DNA from: an uncultured Candidatus Peregrinibacteria bacterium
Lineage (GTDB): Bacteria; Patescibacteriota; JACMRA01
Reading direction: 5' to 3'
DNA length: 46,565 nucleotides
Assembly (NCBI GenBank): GCA_937127165.1
Contig: CAKZLR010000032.1
Span: 1-46,565 of the forward strand
The position numbers and the translations under genes are program-made. Position 1 is the stretch's first letter, and each line of letters starts with the position of its first letter. The notes beneath the pieces were generated by a model. The model worked only from the letters and a program-made list of their open reading frames with translations. It did no database searches and was not told the origin of the DNA. This document shows, piece after piece, positions 27,322 to 37,270 of the stretch.

Positions 27322-27350
27322 TTGACAAAAATACTAGTCTAAACTACATT
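27322..27350 (+). promoter_or_regulatory. Orphan candidate promoter in the spacer upstream of tRNA-Thr
   Basis: TTGACA (27322-27327), a 17-nt spacer, then TACATT (27345-27350). No ORF of at least 60 aa follows, and the tRNA starts 233 nt downstream. Confidence 0.35.
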
Positions 27351-27582
27351 GTTAGAAACTTAGACTAAATAGATTTCTTGTGAAGAAGATACAACCATCT
27401 GGTGGTTTTCGTTATAAAAAACTTTCTAAGTATTAAGCTCTTTACCTGAAAGGTTTGTTCGCTTGGTGTTTACTATAGAACTGATTGGTTGTTGTGTGGT
27501 CTCTGTGTAGCACCTTTCCATAACAAAAATTTTCTTTTTAAGGTTTATTTTTGTATTCTTAAACAAACCTAAACAGCTATAG

Positions 27583-27658
27583 GCCGATGTAGCTCAGTTG
27601 GTGGAGCAAGTCTTTCGTAAAGACTAGGTCGCAGGTTCGAATCCTGTCATCGGCTCCA
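27583..27658 (+). tRNA. tRNA-Thr (anticodon CGU), CCA encoded
   Basis: The acceptor stem is gccgatg/catcggc, the anticodon arm is agtct-ttCGTaa-agact, the T-arm is gcagg-ttcgaat-cctgt, and the 3' end is TCCA. Confidence 0.9.
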
Positions 27659-27850
27659 TAAAATTTTCCTACAAATTCCTTAAAATACTTATTTTTGAAG
27701 TGGGATAGTTATTTAAACCAAATTTATTACTTGTTTTGCACAACTTACTTACCCATCTTTTTTAATTTAATTATCTATAGGTATTTTTGTGGAATTTTGA
27801 GGATCAGATAAAAAACATTGATTTAACTAAATAATTATTTAAATGAATTT

Positions 27851-29584
27851 ATGCCTGAATTATTTCAAACATTAGCTACCATAGTTGCTATTTGTGTTGC
27901 CGCTTACTTTGCTTACCAGTACAATTTATTAAAAAACACTCCTGGTTCTAGTGGCTTTTCTCAAGCGGATATAGAGAAAAGAATAGCCGAAAAAACAAGA
28001 GAATTAAAAGTGGAAAAAGATCAAGAAATTGAGGTTATCAAAAAAGAATTGACAGAAAAGCAAGCCGAAAAAGAAAAACTTTTGAGAGCAGAAATTTTGG
28101 AAGAGTTTAAAGCTAAAAACGATATTCTGGTTCAAAAACAAATGTTGGAAATGCAAGCTAAAATTAAAGAAGAGGAAAATGAGATGCGGCAGCGGATTTT
28201 GGAGACTCAAGTTAATCTTGATAAACGAGAGGCTTCATTGTTGGAAAAACAAGAGAAATTGGTTAAAGAAAGAGAAGAGTTGGAACAGGTAAAACTGCAA
28301 TTGAGAGACATTAAAGATAAACTAAAAAGCAAACAAGAGGAGCTTGCTCAAAAAGAATCAGAATTACAAGCCGAATTAGATAGAAAATTAGAAGAAGTAG
28401 CAAAATTATCTAAAAAAGAAGCTAGAGAGAAAATTATTCAGCAAACTACTGAAGAAATGGGTGAAGAATTGCTATCACTTCAGCAAAAAATTCTTGATAA
28501 TGCGCGAGAAAGAGCTAACGAAGAGGCTAGAAACATAGTAGCTATGGCGATTCAAAGATGTTCTAGTGAAGTAGCAAATGAATTAACGGTTACTACCGTT
28601 AAACTATCTAGCGAAGATGAAAAAGGTAAAATTATTGGTAAAGGTGGTCGAAATATTCAATGGTTAGAAAAAACTCTTGGTGTAGAGTTTATAATTGATG
28701 AAACTCCAGAAGTAGTAACTATTTCTGGTTTTAGTTCCATAAGAAGACATATAGCTAAAAGAAGTTTGGAAAAATTACTTGAAGACGGTCGTATTCATCC
28801 TTCTTCTATTGAAGAGATGTACGAAAAAGCCAAAAGTGAGATAGCTCAGGAAATCGCCCAAGCGGGTAAAGAAGCAGTAGAGGAATTAGGGATTGTGGAT
28901 TTTCCTGCCAAACTTATTCGTATTTTAGGCAGACTGAAATTTCGTACTAGCTACGGTCAAAATATGTTAAAACATAGTGTGGAGATGGCAAGATTGGCTG
29001 GTGCTCTGGCCAGACAGCTAAACGAGTATTTTCCTTCTTCTTCAAATCCTATAGATGTTGATATTTGTGTTAAAGGAGCACTACTGCACGATATTGGAAA
29101 AGCCTTGGATGAAGAGGTTGAACCAAAATCGGATCATGTCACTTTGGGTGAAAAAATTTGTGATATGTTTAATTTAGATTGGAGAATTAAAAAATGTATT
29201 TCTAGCCATCATTCTACAGGCGGAGATGTACATAGCTATCTTCATAAAGAACGTGGCTTTTGTATAGAAGCAGCTATAGTAGACGCTTGCGATAATATAA
29301 GCGGAGGTAGACCGGGTGCTAGAAAAGAATCAATGGAGGCTTATTTCCAAAGAATGGAAGCTTTGGAGAACATAGCCAACTCTGTAGATGGAGTTTCAAA
29401 AACTTGGATTATGCGAGGAGCTAGAGAGTTGTGGGTATTTTTTGATACAAGTAAAATATCTGCCGCAAAGATGCATTCAATTACTAGAGAAATAGCTAAA
29501 AGAGTTAGTTCGGAGATAAAGTTTCCCGGTGAAATCAAAGTCATTGGTCTTTGGGAAGGTAAAGTTATTGAATATGCTAATTAA
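27851..29584 (+). CDS. rny: Ribonuclease Y
   Basis: It has an N-terminal TM helix, a long Glu/Lys coiled coil, a KH motif (GKIIGKGGRNIQ), and an HD domain (KHSVEMARLAG...LLHDIGKA). Confidence 0.9.
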   Translation: MPELFQTLATIVAICVAAYFAYQYNLLKNTPGSSGFSQADIEKRIAEKTRELKVEKDQEIEVIKKELTEKQAEKEKLLRAEILEEFKAKNDILVQKQMLEMQAKIKEEENEMRQRILETQVNLDKREASLLEKQEKLVKEREELEQVKLQLRDIKDKLKSKQEELAQKESELQAELDRKLEEVAKLSKKEAREKIIQQTTEEMGEELLSLQQKILDNARERANEEARNIVAMAIQRCSSEVANELTVTTVKLSSEDEKGKIIGKGGRNIQWLEKTLGVEFIIDETPEVVTISGFSSIRRHIAKRSLEKLLEDGRIHPSSIEEMYEKAKSEIAQEIAQAGKEAVEELGIVDFPAKLIRILGRLKFRTSYGQNMLKHSVEMARLAGALARQLNEYFPSSSNPIDVDICVKGALLHDIGKALDEEVEPKSDHVTLGEKICDMFNLDWRIKKCISSHHSTGGDVHSYLHKERGFCIEAAIVDACDNISGGRPGARKESMEAYFQRMEALENIANSVDGVSKTWIMRGARELWVFFDTSKISAAKMHSITREIAKRVSSEIKFPGEIKVIGLWEGKVIEYAN

Positions 29585-29922
29585 TTAAATTATATAAATT
29601 AAATTATATTATAAGTTATAAGGTCAAAAAAGTCGGTTGTATATATACACAATAATTTAGAGAAGATTAGAGAAGATTTACGAAGTTTCTGAAATACTCA
29701 ATTTAAATAGTCATGTTAGGTGTTATTACATAAATTTTAGATTAACCGATCTTATATTTCCTGTATTTATAGATATTGTTTTTTGTGCAGATTTAATATA
29801 ACTACTTTTCCTATATAATAGATGATAGAACAAGGATCATAGTTTTGTGGAATAAGATTAAAAATGAGTCTTGACATAAAACATTGCTTGTAGTTTTTTT
29901 GTACAAAATTTTATTTTCATAA

Positions 29923-30435
29923 ATGACCCCAAGACTAGTTTCTTCATATTATATCTCAATTTTGTTTGCTACTGTTTTGTTTCAGTTAGATGCTCTCAGA
30001 TGGTTGGTAACTACTATTCACAAGTGGATTGCTAGTGGTTTACAAACTATCACTACCGTCACTATTCCTTATTGGGTTTATTGGTTTTTAATGTTATTTA
30101 CTGCCTTTTTGATCATCACCTTTCTTAGAATTTTTATAATTGACCCGTTGGAACTCCATGTTAATGATTCCGAAACGCGAAACTGGCAAGTTTGGTTTTT
30201 TGCTTTTTTAGTTTCAGGATTGCTTATTTATATTCTTAATCTCAATTTTGGTCAGCCTATGCCTTCGGAGTTCCCTGGTTTTGTAATTAAAATTTTTCAG
30301 GGTAGTCGCGATACGTCTGGGGTAGAAATTAATTCAGCGGCAGAAAGTAACTTTTATTCAATATTTCCTTGGATTTGGCAACTTGGTCCAATGATGTTTA
30401 TGTATTATTATGCTAATCAGGTAAAAAGTAAATAA
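29923..30435 (+). CDS. Integral membrane protein, hypothetical
   Basis: This is a 170-aa ORF with about 4 hydrophobic helices and no recognised motif. Confidence 0.55.
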   Translation: MTPRLVSSYYISILFATVLFQLDALRWLVTTIHKWIASGLQTITTVTIPYWVYWFLMLFTAFLIITFLRIFIIDPLELHVNDSETRNWQVWFFAFLVSGLLIYILNLNFGQPMPSEFPGFVIKIFQGSRDTSGVEINSAAESNFYSIFPWIWQLGPMMFMYYYANQVKSK

Positions 30436-30567
30436 ATTGAGCTTAATAAAGGGTCGGTTTGTGATGTTTAGTGGTTATTAACTTGGATTTATCAAATTAT
30501 ATAAGGGGGTGATTTTCTCGCCAGAAGGGTCTTTAGTTTATAAGATATTTTTTTACCTAACTCTAAT

Positions 30568-32136
30568 TTAGGCTTGGGTCTTTATTAAAAGTATTTTATT
30601 ATTTCCAAGATCAGAATTATTTTCATGGTTGTATAAATCTTGTTTATAGTCCGATCTAATTAAACCCAAAGATATTAACATAATTACTAAATTATTAACA
30701 ACTAGAGCAAAGGCAGTAACAGCTCCAGCGTCGAGATTTATTTCAATTAGTAAGAAAGTGATTATTAATTGCGCAATAGTTCCCAAAACAGAAATTAATA
30801 CAGGTTGCCAAACTCGCTCTCTGACAAAAAAATACTTGAATAAAATCTCGTTAACTGACTGAAATACTAGTCCCATAGTGGCTATTCTAGCTAGTAAAAT
30901 AATATAATCTGCATTATCTTGACCTTTACCAAATAGCTCAAAAAACCACAACACTACCGGAATTAAAATAAAAGTTAGCACGCCTCCAACTAGAGATAAG
31001 ATTGCTACCTTTTCAGTGTAAGAAAACAGTTTTTTCCAAAAAGGTTTAGTGTCAGTTTTGCTGGAGTGAAATAATTTGGCTAAGTCAGGAAAAAATACTG
31101 TACCCACAGCCCCAATTAACACTAAAAATAGAGCTTGGATAGATAGACCAATATCCAAAGCAGTGACTTGACCCTCGTTTTGAGCAATAAAAATAATAAT
31201 TAAGTTAGCAAGCACTGCTCCGTTAATTAAAAAAATTCTAGGTAAGAATAACTTGCAAGTTTGAAAAAAATCTTGTTTATGATATTTGAAAGATTGCCAC
31301 ATTTTAGTTGGTGAGAGTAGCAGCTTGGTATGTAAACCTAGCCTAGTAGAGGTTATCCAAAAAAGTAAAGAAGCTATAGTTGCCCCCGTAGTCATACCTA
31401 ATGCTACCATAATGTAATCATTTGGTTTAGCAATTAACAATGAGGCAACAGTACCAATATTATAAATTACACTAGCAGAACTAAACACTAAAAACTGTTT
31501 TTTCATTGTTAAATACACACCAAAAATGCTTTGTAAAGAAAATAGCAATGGTCCGGTAAGTAAAATTCTGGTTACTAAAATATAATCATCAAAAATTCCA
31601 GAATTAGTATATAATTGAATAATCTCTGTACTAGTTAGAAATTTTAGAACAGACTCTGTAAAAACCATCAAAATAGCAACGATAACAAGCATGATGGATA
31701 ATAAAACGAATAAAACTAAATTGAAATATTGTGATAATAACTTTTGGTCATTAGTTTTGGCTTCTATCCTAGAAGCAACTGGCAGAACTGATGTAGCAAT
31801 TGTTCCCATGACTAAAAAAGAGATTATAGTTTCTGGTAATTTAACTGCAGAGAGTAGCAAATCCGAAGAAATTTGATCCATTTTTTGATAGATCAAAATT
31901 TGTCTAATAAAACCAAGACCTCTAGAAAGAAATAAAAAGAAAGTGATAATTAAAACAGATTGTACGGTAGGTTTAAAAACCCTAGATAAGAGTTCTCTAG
32001 ATAAGAGTTGGTAAATTCTTGGAGGGAAATGTCTTTGCAAAAATCTACCTAGATATTTTTCCAAAGAAGTTTTAGTCTCAGAAGCAAAATTATCTGAAGA
32101 GGTGTTTTTTGTTGTTAATTTTAGTGGTAGACGCAC
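30568..32136 (-). CDS. murJ: Lipid II flippase MurJ/MviN family
   Basis: It has about 14 TM helices. The N-terminal LSRGLGFIRQILIYQKM matches the MurJ signature SR.lGf.R, and the roughly 520-aa size fits. Confidence 0.7.
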   Translation of the reverse strand: MRLPLKLTTKNTSSDNFASETKTSLEKYLGRFLQRHFPPRIYQLLSRELLSRVFKPTVQSVLIITFFLFLSRGLGFIRQILIYQKMDQISSDLLLSAVKLPETIISFLVMGTIATSVLPVASRIEAKTNDQKLLSQYFNLVLFVLLSIMLVIVAILMVFTESVLKFLTSTEIIQLYTNSGIFDDYILVTRILLTGPLLFSLQSIFGVYLTMKKQFLVFSSASVIYNIGTVASLLIAKPNDYIMVALGMTTGATIASLLFWITSTRLGLHTKLLLSPTKMWQSFKYHKQDFFQTCKLFLPRIFLINGAVLANLIIIFIAQNEGQVTALDIGLSIQALFLVLIGAVGTVFFPDLAKLFHSSKTDTKPFWKKLFSYTEKVAILSLVGGVLTFILIPVVLWFFELFGKGQDNADYIILLARIATMGLVFQSVNEILFKYFFVRERVWQPVLISVLGTIAQLIITFLLIEINLDAGAVTAFALVVNNLVIMLISLGLIRSDYKQDLYNHENNSDLGNNKILLIKTQA

Positions 32137-32140
32137 AAGT

Positions 32141-32977
32141 TTAGCTTAATTTGGTAATTTCTGGATTTAAATAATTTATTCTAACTATAACTTCTAAAAA
32201 TGGTTTTTTGTCTAACTTCTTTTTTGGTTTTGGTAAGTCAGCAACCGGAATTTCTCTGTCCGTACCGGCTAAAAAACCAGTGAGGATTGATTTATTAATA
32301 CCCACAATTTCGCCGTTTTGGTTTCTCAAGAGATAAATTACATCAATTTGTTTAACATCAAGCCTATCATCATTTCTAAAAATGATATTTATTTTATAAG
32401 ACTCTCCATCTGGATTTTCGTTAATTGTAGCTTGTCTTTGAATAATTTTTGGCGGTTGTGGGAAATTAGGTGAGTTAGGGTTGTGAAGGATAAGAGTGCT
32501 GTTAATTTCATCTGGTTGAACCCTTAGTTTGGAAGCTCTAGGATTTCGTGTATAAACTATTATATAAGTTTGTTCATCAGGAAGCAAAAATTCGTTAGAG
32601 ACAGTTCGTTGCTCCAAAACTTCACTAGTTTCAGAAAGAACTTGATAAGTATAAACCCAAGGGAAAAAACCAACATCTGGATTAACTTTATTATTAACAG
32701 AAGCAAACAAAACTTTTTGACCGTTTATCAAATCTATAACCTGAGTTGGACCAATAATGTACTGTTCTGCTGTAATGATTTTAGGTATGACTAAATTTTG
32801 TTTAGCTACAAAATTATCAAAATAAACCCTAGCCGCAAAAGGTGCTACATTTTCATAAAACGGTTTAACTAACAAACTAAGTAAGATTACAGTTATCCAT
32901 GTAGTCAAATGAATCCGAAAAATCTTGATAAAGTCAAGCCTAGTCTTAAAATAATTTAAGTCTTTCCGTAAAGCCAT
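32141..32977 (-). CDS. N-terminally anchored hypothetical protein
   Basis: This is a 278-aa ORF with a single TM segment (WITVILLSLLV). It lies 4 nt upstream of murJ and is likely co-transcribed with it. Confidence 0.6.
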   Translation of the reverse strand: MALRKDLNYFKTRLDFIKIFRIHLTTWITVILLSLLVKPFYENVAPFAARVYFDNFVAKQNLVIPKIITAEQYIIGPTQVIDLINGQKVLFASVNNKVNPDVGFFPWVYTYQVLSETSEVLEQRTVSNEFLLPDEQTYIIVYTRNPRASKLRVQPDEINSTLILHNPNSPNFPQPPKIIQRQATINENPDGESYKINIIFRNDDRLDVKQIDVIYLLRNQNGEIVGINKSILTGFLAGTDREIPVADLPKPKKKLDKKPFLEVIVRINYLNPEITKLS

Positions 32978-32998
32978 AGTTCGTTGTTCGTATATTTC

Positions 32999-33277
32999 CT
33001 AGAACAAGGATTCTCGCACAACCGGTGGTCTGTTATTTAAGGGTCTATTAAAACTTTCGCTAATACTTTCAACTACTCTGCTAAAACTAAAAGACAAAAA
33101 TATAGCATTAATTATAAATAATGTAATTAATGTAAAAAGCACAAGGGTTGTCTCCTGTGGTCGGTAGCTATTTTGATAAAAGTTAAATATAATTATCAAA
33201 AAATAGATAACACAAAATAAACCGCAAAAAATAGCAAAGAAGGCAGCAACACTGACAAAAGTTATTCCTTCTATCAT
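32999..33277 (-). CDS. Small membrane protein, hypothetical
   Basis: This is a 92-aa ORF with two long hydrophobic helices, located between trxA and the murJ-proximal gene. Confidence 0.5.
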   Translation of the reverse strand: MIEGITFVSVAAFFAIFCGLFCVIYFLIIIFNFYQNSYRPQETTLVLFTLITLFIINAIFLSFSFSRVVESISESFNRPLNNRPPVVRESLF

Positions 33278-33315
33278 AAATATTAAACGACTTTATACGT
33301 CAACCTAAATTTAGG

Positions 33316-33669
33316 TTATATATCAATGACATTTTGGGCAGCCTGCATCAATTTTGTCTTAAAAGTTATTGGTTCTTGCCCACCTATAAACTTTGAGACA
33401 ATTTCGTAACCACCGTTTTTGGTAGCTCTAAATAAAATAAAAGTAGGTATACTTTGAATACCAAACTGCATTGATAATCCTTGCTCTTCATCAACGTTGA
33501 CTTTAACGAATGTTATTTGCGACAACTCTGGATCTTGGCTAAAACGATCTATAATTGGAGACATCATTTTGCAGGGTGGACACCAATCTGCATAAAAATC
33601 AACTAAAACATATTTGGAAGTTTTAAATATATCTTGAAATTCTTTTTGATTAATGTGTTTTGCAGACAT
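33316..33669 (-). CDS. trxA: Thioredoxin
   Basis: The WCPPCK active site (DFYADWCPPCKMM) and the roughly 110-aa thioredoxin length fit. The sequence also has IPTFILF. Confidence 0.9.
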   Translation of the reverse strand: MSAKHINQKEFQDIFKTSKYVLVDFYADWCPPCKMMSPIIDRFSQDPELSQITFVKVNVDEEQGLSMQFGIQSIPTFILFRATKNGGYEIVSKFIGGQEPITFKTKLMQAAQNVIDI

Positions 33670-33847
33670 AAGAAAAATAAAGAATTTAAAATAACCAACT
33701 GTGTCTAAACTTAAATTTTTTTTTGGTCAAGGGTTTTTGTTATTTTTTTGTTTTATCCAAAAATAATAGACTTTAAAAAACTAACTAACTAACAATCGTT
33801 TGACGAAAAAATTTGACCAAAAAGAATTTTTACTGTACTGTAAAAAG

Positions 33848-34435
33848 ATGATTGCAATTATTGATTATAAGGCTGGTAATATAGCTTCTGTACAAAATGC
33901 CCTCAAGCAACTTGGGTTTAGTTTTGTGTTAACTGATGATATTGACACTATTAATAGATGTTCACATATTATTTTACCCGGCCAGGGCAGAGCTGGTACT
34001 GCCATGGAGAATCTTAAAACCAAAAATCTTATTGAGTTAATCAAAAAAACCACTAAACCCTTTTTAGGTATTTGTTTAGGTATGCAAATTTTAGCTGATT
34101 GGAGCCAAGAGGATAATACAGAGTGTTTAGGAATAATTCCCGGCCAAGTTAAATTATTTGACACAAAAAGTCTTAAAGTACCTCATATGGGCTGGAATAG
34201 TGTGCATTTTGAAAAGGATTCAGTTTTATTTGTAGATATACTTCAGGATAGTTATTTTTATTTTGTACATTCTTTTTATTTTGAGGCAGCAACAGAATAC
34301 ACTCTAGCCAGTTGTAATTATGGTCAAAAATTTGCGGCAGTAGTTGGTAAAGGTAACTTTTTTGCAACTCAATTTCATCCAGAAAAATCTGGGGAAGCAG
34401 GTATGAAAATGCTCCAAAACTTTTGTAGAATTTAG
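33848..34435 (+). CDS. hisH: Imidazole glycerol phosphate synthase glutaminase subunit HisH-like amidotransferase
   Basis: Family motifs are IAIIDYKAGNIASVQNAL, LPGQG, GICLGMQIL, VPHMGWN, YFVHSF and TQFHPEKSG. The ORF-track start (33800) is a TTG; the homologous N-terminus begins at the ATG at 33848. Confidence 0.85.
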   Translation: MIAIIDYKAGNIASVQNALKQLGFSFVLTDDIDTINRCSHIILPGQGRAGTAMENLKTKNLIELIKKTTKPFLGICLGMQILADWSQEDNTECLGIIPGQVKLFDTKSLKVPHMGWNSVHFEKDSVLFVDILQDSYFYFVHSFYFEAATEYTLASCNYGQKFAAVVGKGNFFATQFHPEKSGEAGMKMLQNFCRI

Positions 34436-34814
34436 ACTTTTTTACTTTAATACTTTATACTTGAAATTTTCAATAAGTTTACTACAAGAGGTGTAGTTAT
34501 TGTGTTACAATTTGATTAAACCAAACTTGTCCAAAAATAATAAAAGATTTAAGCTTGTTTTGATTTTTCTAGAAAAACAAAGATCAACTTTAAATCTTTG
34601 GCTTTTTTACTTCATTTAATTTTAAAAAGCAAAAGAGTAATTGTTCTAAGTTTTTTAGCGATAATTACTAACATAAAAGTCAATTTTAAACTTTCAAATT
34701 TTAAACTTTCAAAGTTTAGATAATCTTGACAAAAAATAAATTTAAAAAGTCTTCTTACATCCTCCCTATATTCGCTTATAAGATACTTTTCCCCTAAGTA
34801 AAGATAAATTATGT

Positions 34815-37004
34815 ATGTTAATCATTGTAGAATCCCCTGCTAAAGCCAAAACTATTGGTAAAATCTTAGGTTCCAAATATACAGTCAAGGCTTCGGCTGG
34901 TCATATTCGCCAAATCTCGGATACGAACACTACTGCTGATGGTCGTAAATTGGAAATAAGTGGTATAGATATAGATAATCATTTTCAACCGATTTTTGAG
35001 ATAAGTAATGATAAGAAAAAAATTGTTTCAGAGATCAAACAACTTGCTAAAGCGGCTAAAGATGGTATATTGTTTGCAACAGATTCAGATCGGGAAGGTG
35101 AGGCTATTTCTTGGCATTTAGCAGAAGTTTTGGGAATTAAAGATAAATCTAAAGTTCAAAGATTAGAGTTTCACGAAATCACTGAAAAAGCTATTAAACA
35201 GGCGATTGCTAACCCTAGACAATTAAATTTAAAACTTGTTGAAGCTCAACAGACTCGGCAAATATTAGATAAATTAGTTGGTTATAAACTCTCTCCTGTG
35301 TTATGGTCGGTTATGGGTAATTACAAACTCTCAGCTGGGAGAGTGCAGTCCCCTACCTTAAGGTTGATTTGCGAAAGGGAAAAAGAGATTCAGGCTTTTG
35401 TTAGTGAAGAGTATTGGGAAATTAAAGGAATTTTTGAAGCCACAAAAAAAGTTTCTAACCCTACGTTTCGATGGCACACAAAAGAGAATGCTTTAGACAC
35501 AGAAAAAGAAGGTGAAACTAATTGGTTTAGGTTAAATAAGGTGAAAGGCGAAAAATTGCCCGAAAAAATAAATTCTAAGGAAAATCTTATAAATTTGCTA
35601 GATGGTTTAGATTGTATTAGTGAGTATACAGTTTGTGGAGTGTCACAGAAAACTGAGAAAAGTTATACTAAACCACCGTTTACCACTTCCACACTACAAC
35701 AATCTGCTTCATCTAAACTTGGCTATTCGCCAAAAATGACCATGCAGATTGCCCAAAAATTGTATGAAGGTGTAGAAATTGATGGTTCGCCAACAGCTCT
35801 TATTACCTATATGAGAACCGATAGTACTAATTTATCTGACGACTCTATTCAAGCTTGTAGAGAGTTTATTGCTCAAAATTATCCTCAATACTTACCACCC
35901 AAAGCTAAATTTTATCAATCTAAAAGCCGCAATGCTCAAGAAGCTCACGAAGCTATCAGACCCACAGACCCATTAATTACTCCTGCTAGTTTAAAAGGTA
36001 AATTAGACCAGCAACAGTGGAAATTGTACGATTTAATTTGGAAACAAACAATTGCTTGTCAGATGACAGACGAAATTCGTCAGAGAGTTACCTTTGTACT
36101 TCAAAACAACCGACAAGACGAATTTACTGGATTTATCACTTGGACAACCCATCTTGGTTTCAAAGCGATTATGGATGATAGTCTCACAGAAGAAAAAGAA
36201 GGTAAAAGTTTATTACGTCAAGGTGACAAGATGTATTTACAGGAAATCTTTTGTTTTCAAAAATTTACTCAACCACCCACTCGCTACTCTCCTGCTAGTT
36301 TGGTTAAAAAAATGGAGGAACTGGGGATTGGCAGACCGAGCACATATGCGACAATTATTTCCACACTATACGAGCGAGGATATGTGCAGGAAAACAACAA
36401 AACTTTGATACCAACCTCGTTGGGTATGAAAATAAATGAAATTTTGACTACCACCTTTACTCAGGTTACTAGTAGCGAAATGACCGCCAAAATGGAAGAT
36501 GATTTAGATAGGATTAGTAAAGGAGAAATAGATTATGAAACAGTTTTGAATGATTTTTGGTGGGATTTTAAAAAACTAGTCGACTCAAAATCAGAGACTC
36601 TTAAAAGAGATCGTCAAAAATACCGCGATACCGAAACAGAAGTGCGATGTCCAAAATATGGTGACAAAATGATCCTAAAGATTGGTAAATTTGGCGAATA
36701 CTACCAAAATCCAAACCACCCTGAATGCATATATCCTAAAAATTTTAAAGAATATGAAGCTGCTTTAAAAGAGGCCCAAGCAAAATTTGGGAACCTAGCA
36801 GAAGGGTTATTTTGTGAGGAGTGTGGTAAACCTTTAATTGTTCGTGTTTCCAAAACAACTCTAAAACCTTACATTGCTTGTCCAGACTACAAAATAGGCA
36901 ATAAACATACAATTAAATCCATTGCCTCCTTACAAGTCGGTGAGTCAAATAAACTACCTACAGGATTCAAAGCTAAATCAAATTCTAGAAAAAAGAAAGA
37001 ATGA
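34815..37004 (+). CDS. topA: DNA topoisomerase I
   Basis: Family motifs are IVESPAKAKTIGKILG, TDSDREGEAISWH (Toprim), the active-site YMRTDS and RPSTYA. The C-terminus carries Cys-containing zinc-ribbon-like repeats (FCEECGKPL...ACPDY). Confidence 0.95.
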   Translation: MLIIVESPAKAKTIGKILGSKYTVKASAGHIRQISDTNTTADGRKLEISGIDIDNHFQPIFEISNDKKKIVSEIKQLAKAAKDGILFATDSDREGEAISWHLAEVLGIKDKSKVQRLEFHEITEKAIKQAIANPRQLNLKLVEAQQTRQILDKLVGYKLSPVLWSVMGNYKLSAGRVQSPTLRLICEREKEIQAFVSEEYWEIKGIFEATKKVSNPTFRWHTKENALDTEKEGETNWFRLNKVKGEKLPEKINSKENLINLLDGLDCISEYTVCGVSQKTEKSYTKPPFTTSTLQQSASSKLGYSPKMTMQIAQKLYEGVEIDGSPTALITYMRTDSTNLSDDSIQACREFIAQNYPQYLPPKAKFYQSKSRNAQEAHEAIRPTDPLITPASLKGKLDQQQWKLYDLIWKQTIACQMTDEIRQRVTFVLQNNRQDEFTGFITWTTHLGFKAIMDDSLTEEKEGKSLLRQGDKMYLQEIFCFQKFTQPPTRYSPASLVKKMEELGIGRPSTYATIISTLYERGYVQENNKTLIPTSLGMKINEILTTTFTQVTSSEMTAKMEDDLDRISKGEIDYETVLNDFWWDFKKLVDSKSETLKRDRQKYRDTETEVRCPKYGDKMILKIGKFGEYYQNPNHPECIYPKNFKEYEAALKEAQAKFGNLAEGLFCEECGKPLIVRVSKTTLKPYIACPDYKIGNKHTIKSIASLQVGESNKLPTGFKAKSNSRKKKE

Positions 37005-37270
37005 ATCATGTATACCACAAACTCACCTCAAAAAGCTACACCTTCGAGTTCAAAACCTTCAGACTTAGTAATCACCAAGCTTTGTTTCTAACTCTCTGAT
37101 CTTTTTAATTTTAATTCTGCTTTTCTTGTTTATTCAAACTTTATGATACTAACTATCCAACCAAAAGCTTTTAATTCTTACTTATCCTAAGTAGTGAAGA
37201 ATAGACAACTCATTTATTAGTTCCTTGCAAGACCCTCGTCTGTATTCTCTAGACTATAATCCCCCATTAA

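Noticed and set aside
27380-27436. An 18-codon GTG ORF (VKKIQPSGGFRYKKLSKY) vaguely resembles the start of ribosomal protein L34 (MKRT.QPS...HGFR).
   Set aside because: It is far too short and lacks the Arg/Lys-rich C-terminal two-thirds of L34. It has no ribosome-binding site and the continuing frames show no L34 similarity, so the resemblance is likely chance.
33302-33317. A perfect 16-bp palindrome AACCTAAATTTAGGTT overlaps the trxA stop codon and could be a terminator.
   Set aside because: No T-run follows it on the transcribed strand, and the next gene in the same direction starts 38 nt later, apparently in the same operon. A function is possible but not supported.
36094-36408. A 104-aa same-strand ORF sits in an alternative frame inside topA.
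   Set aside because: It lies entirely within the conserved topoisomerase core, whose frame carries the family motifs. There is no independent evidence for an overlapping gene.
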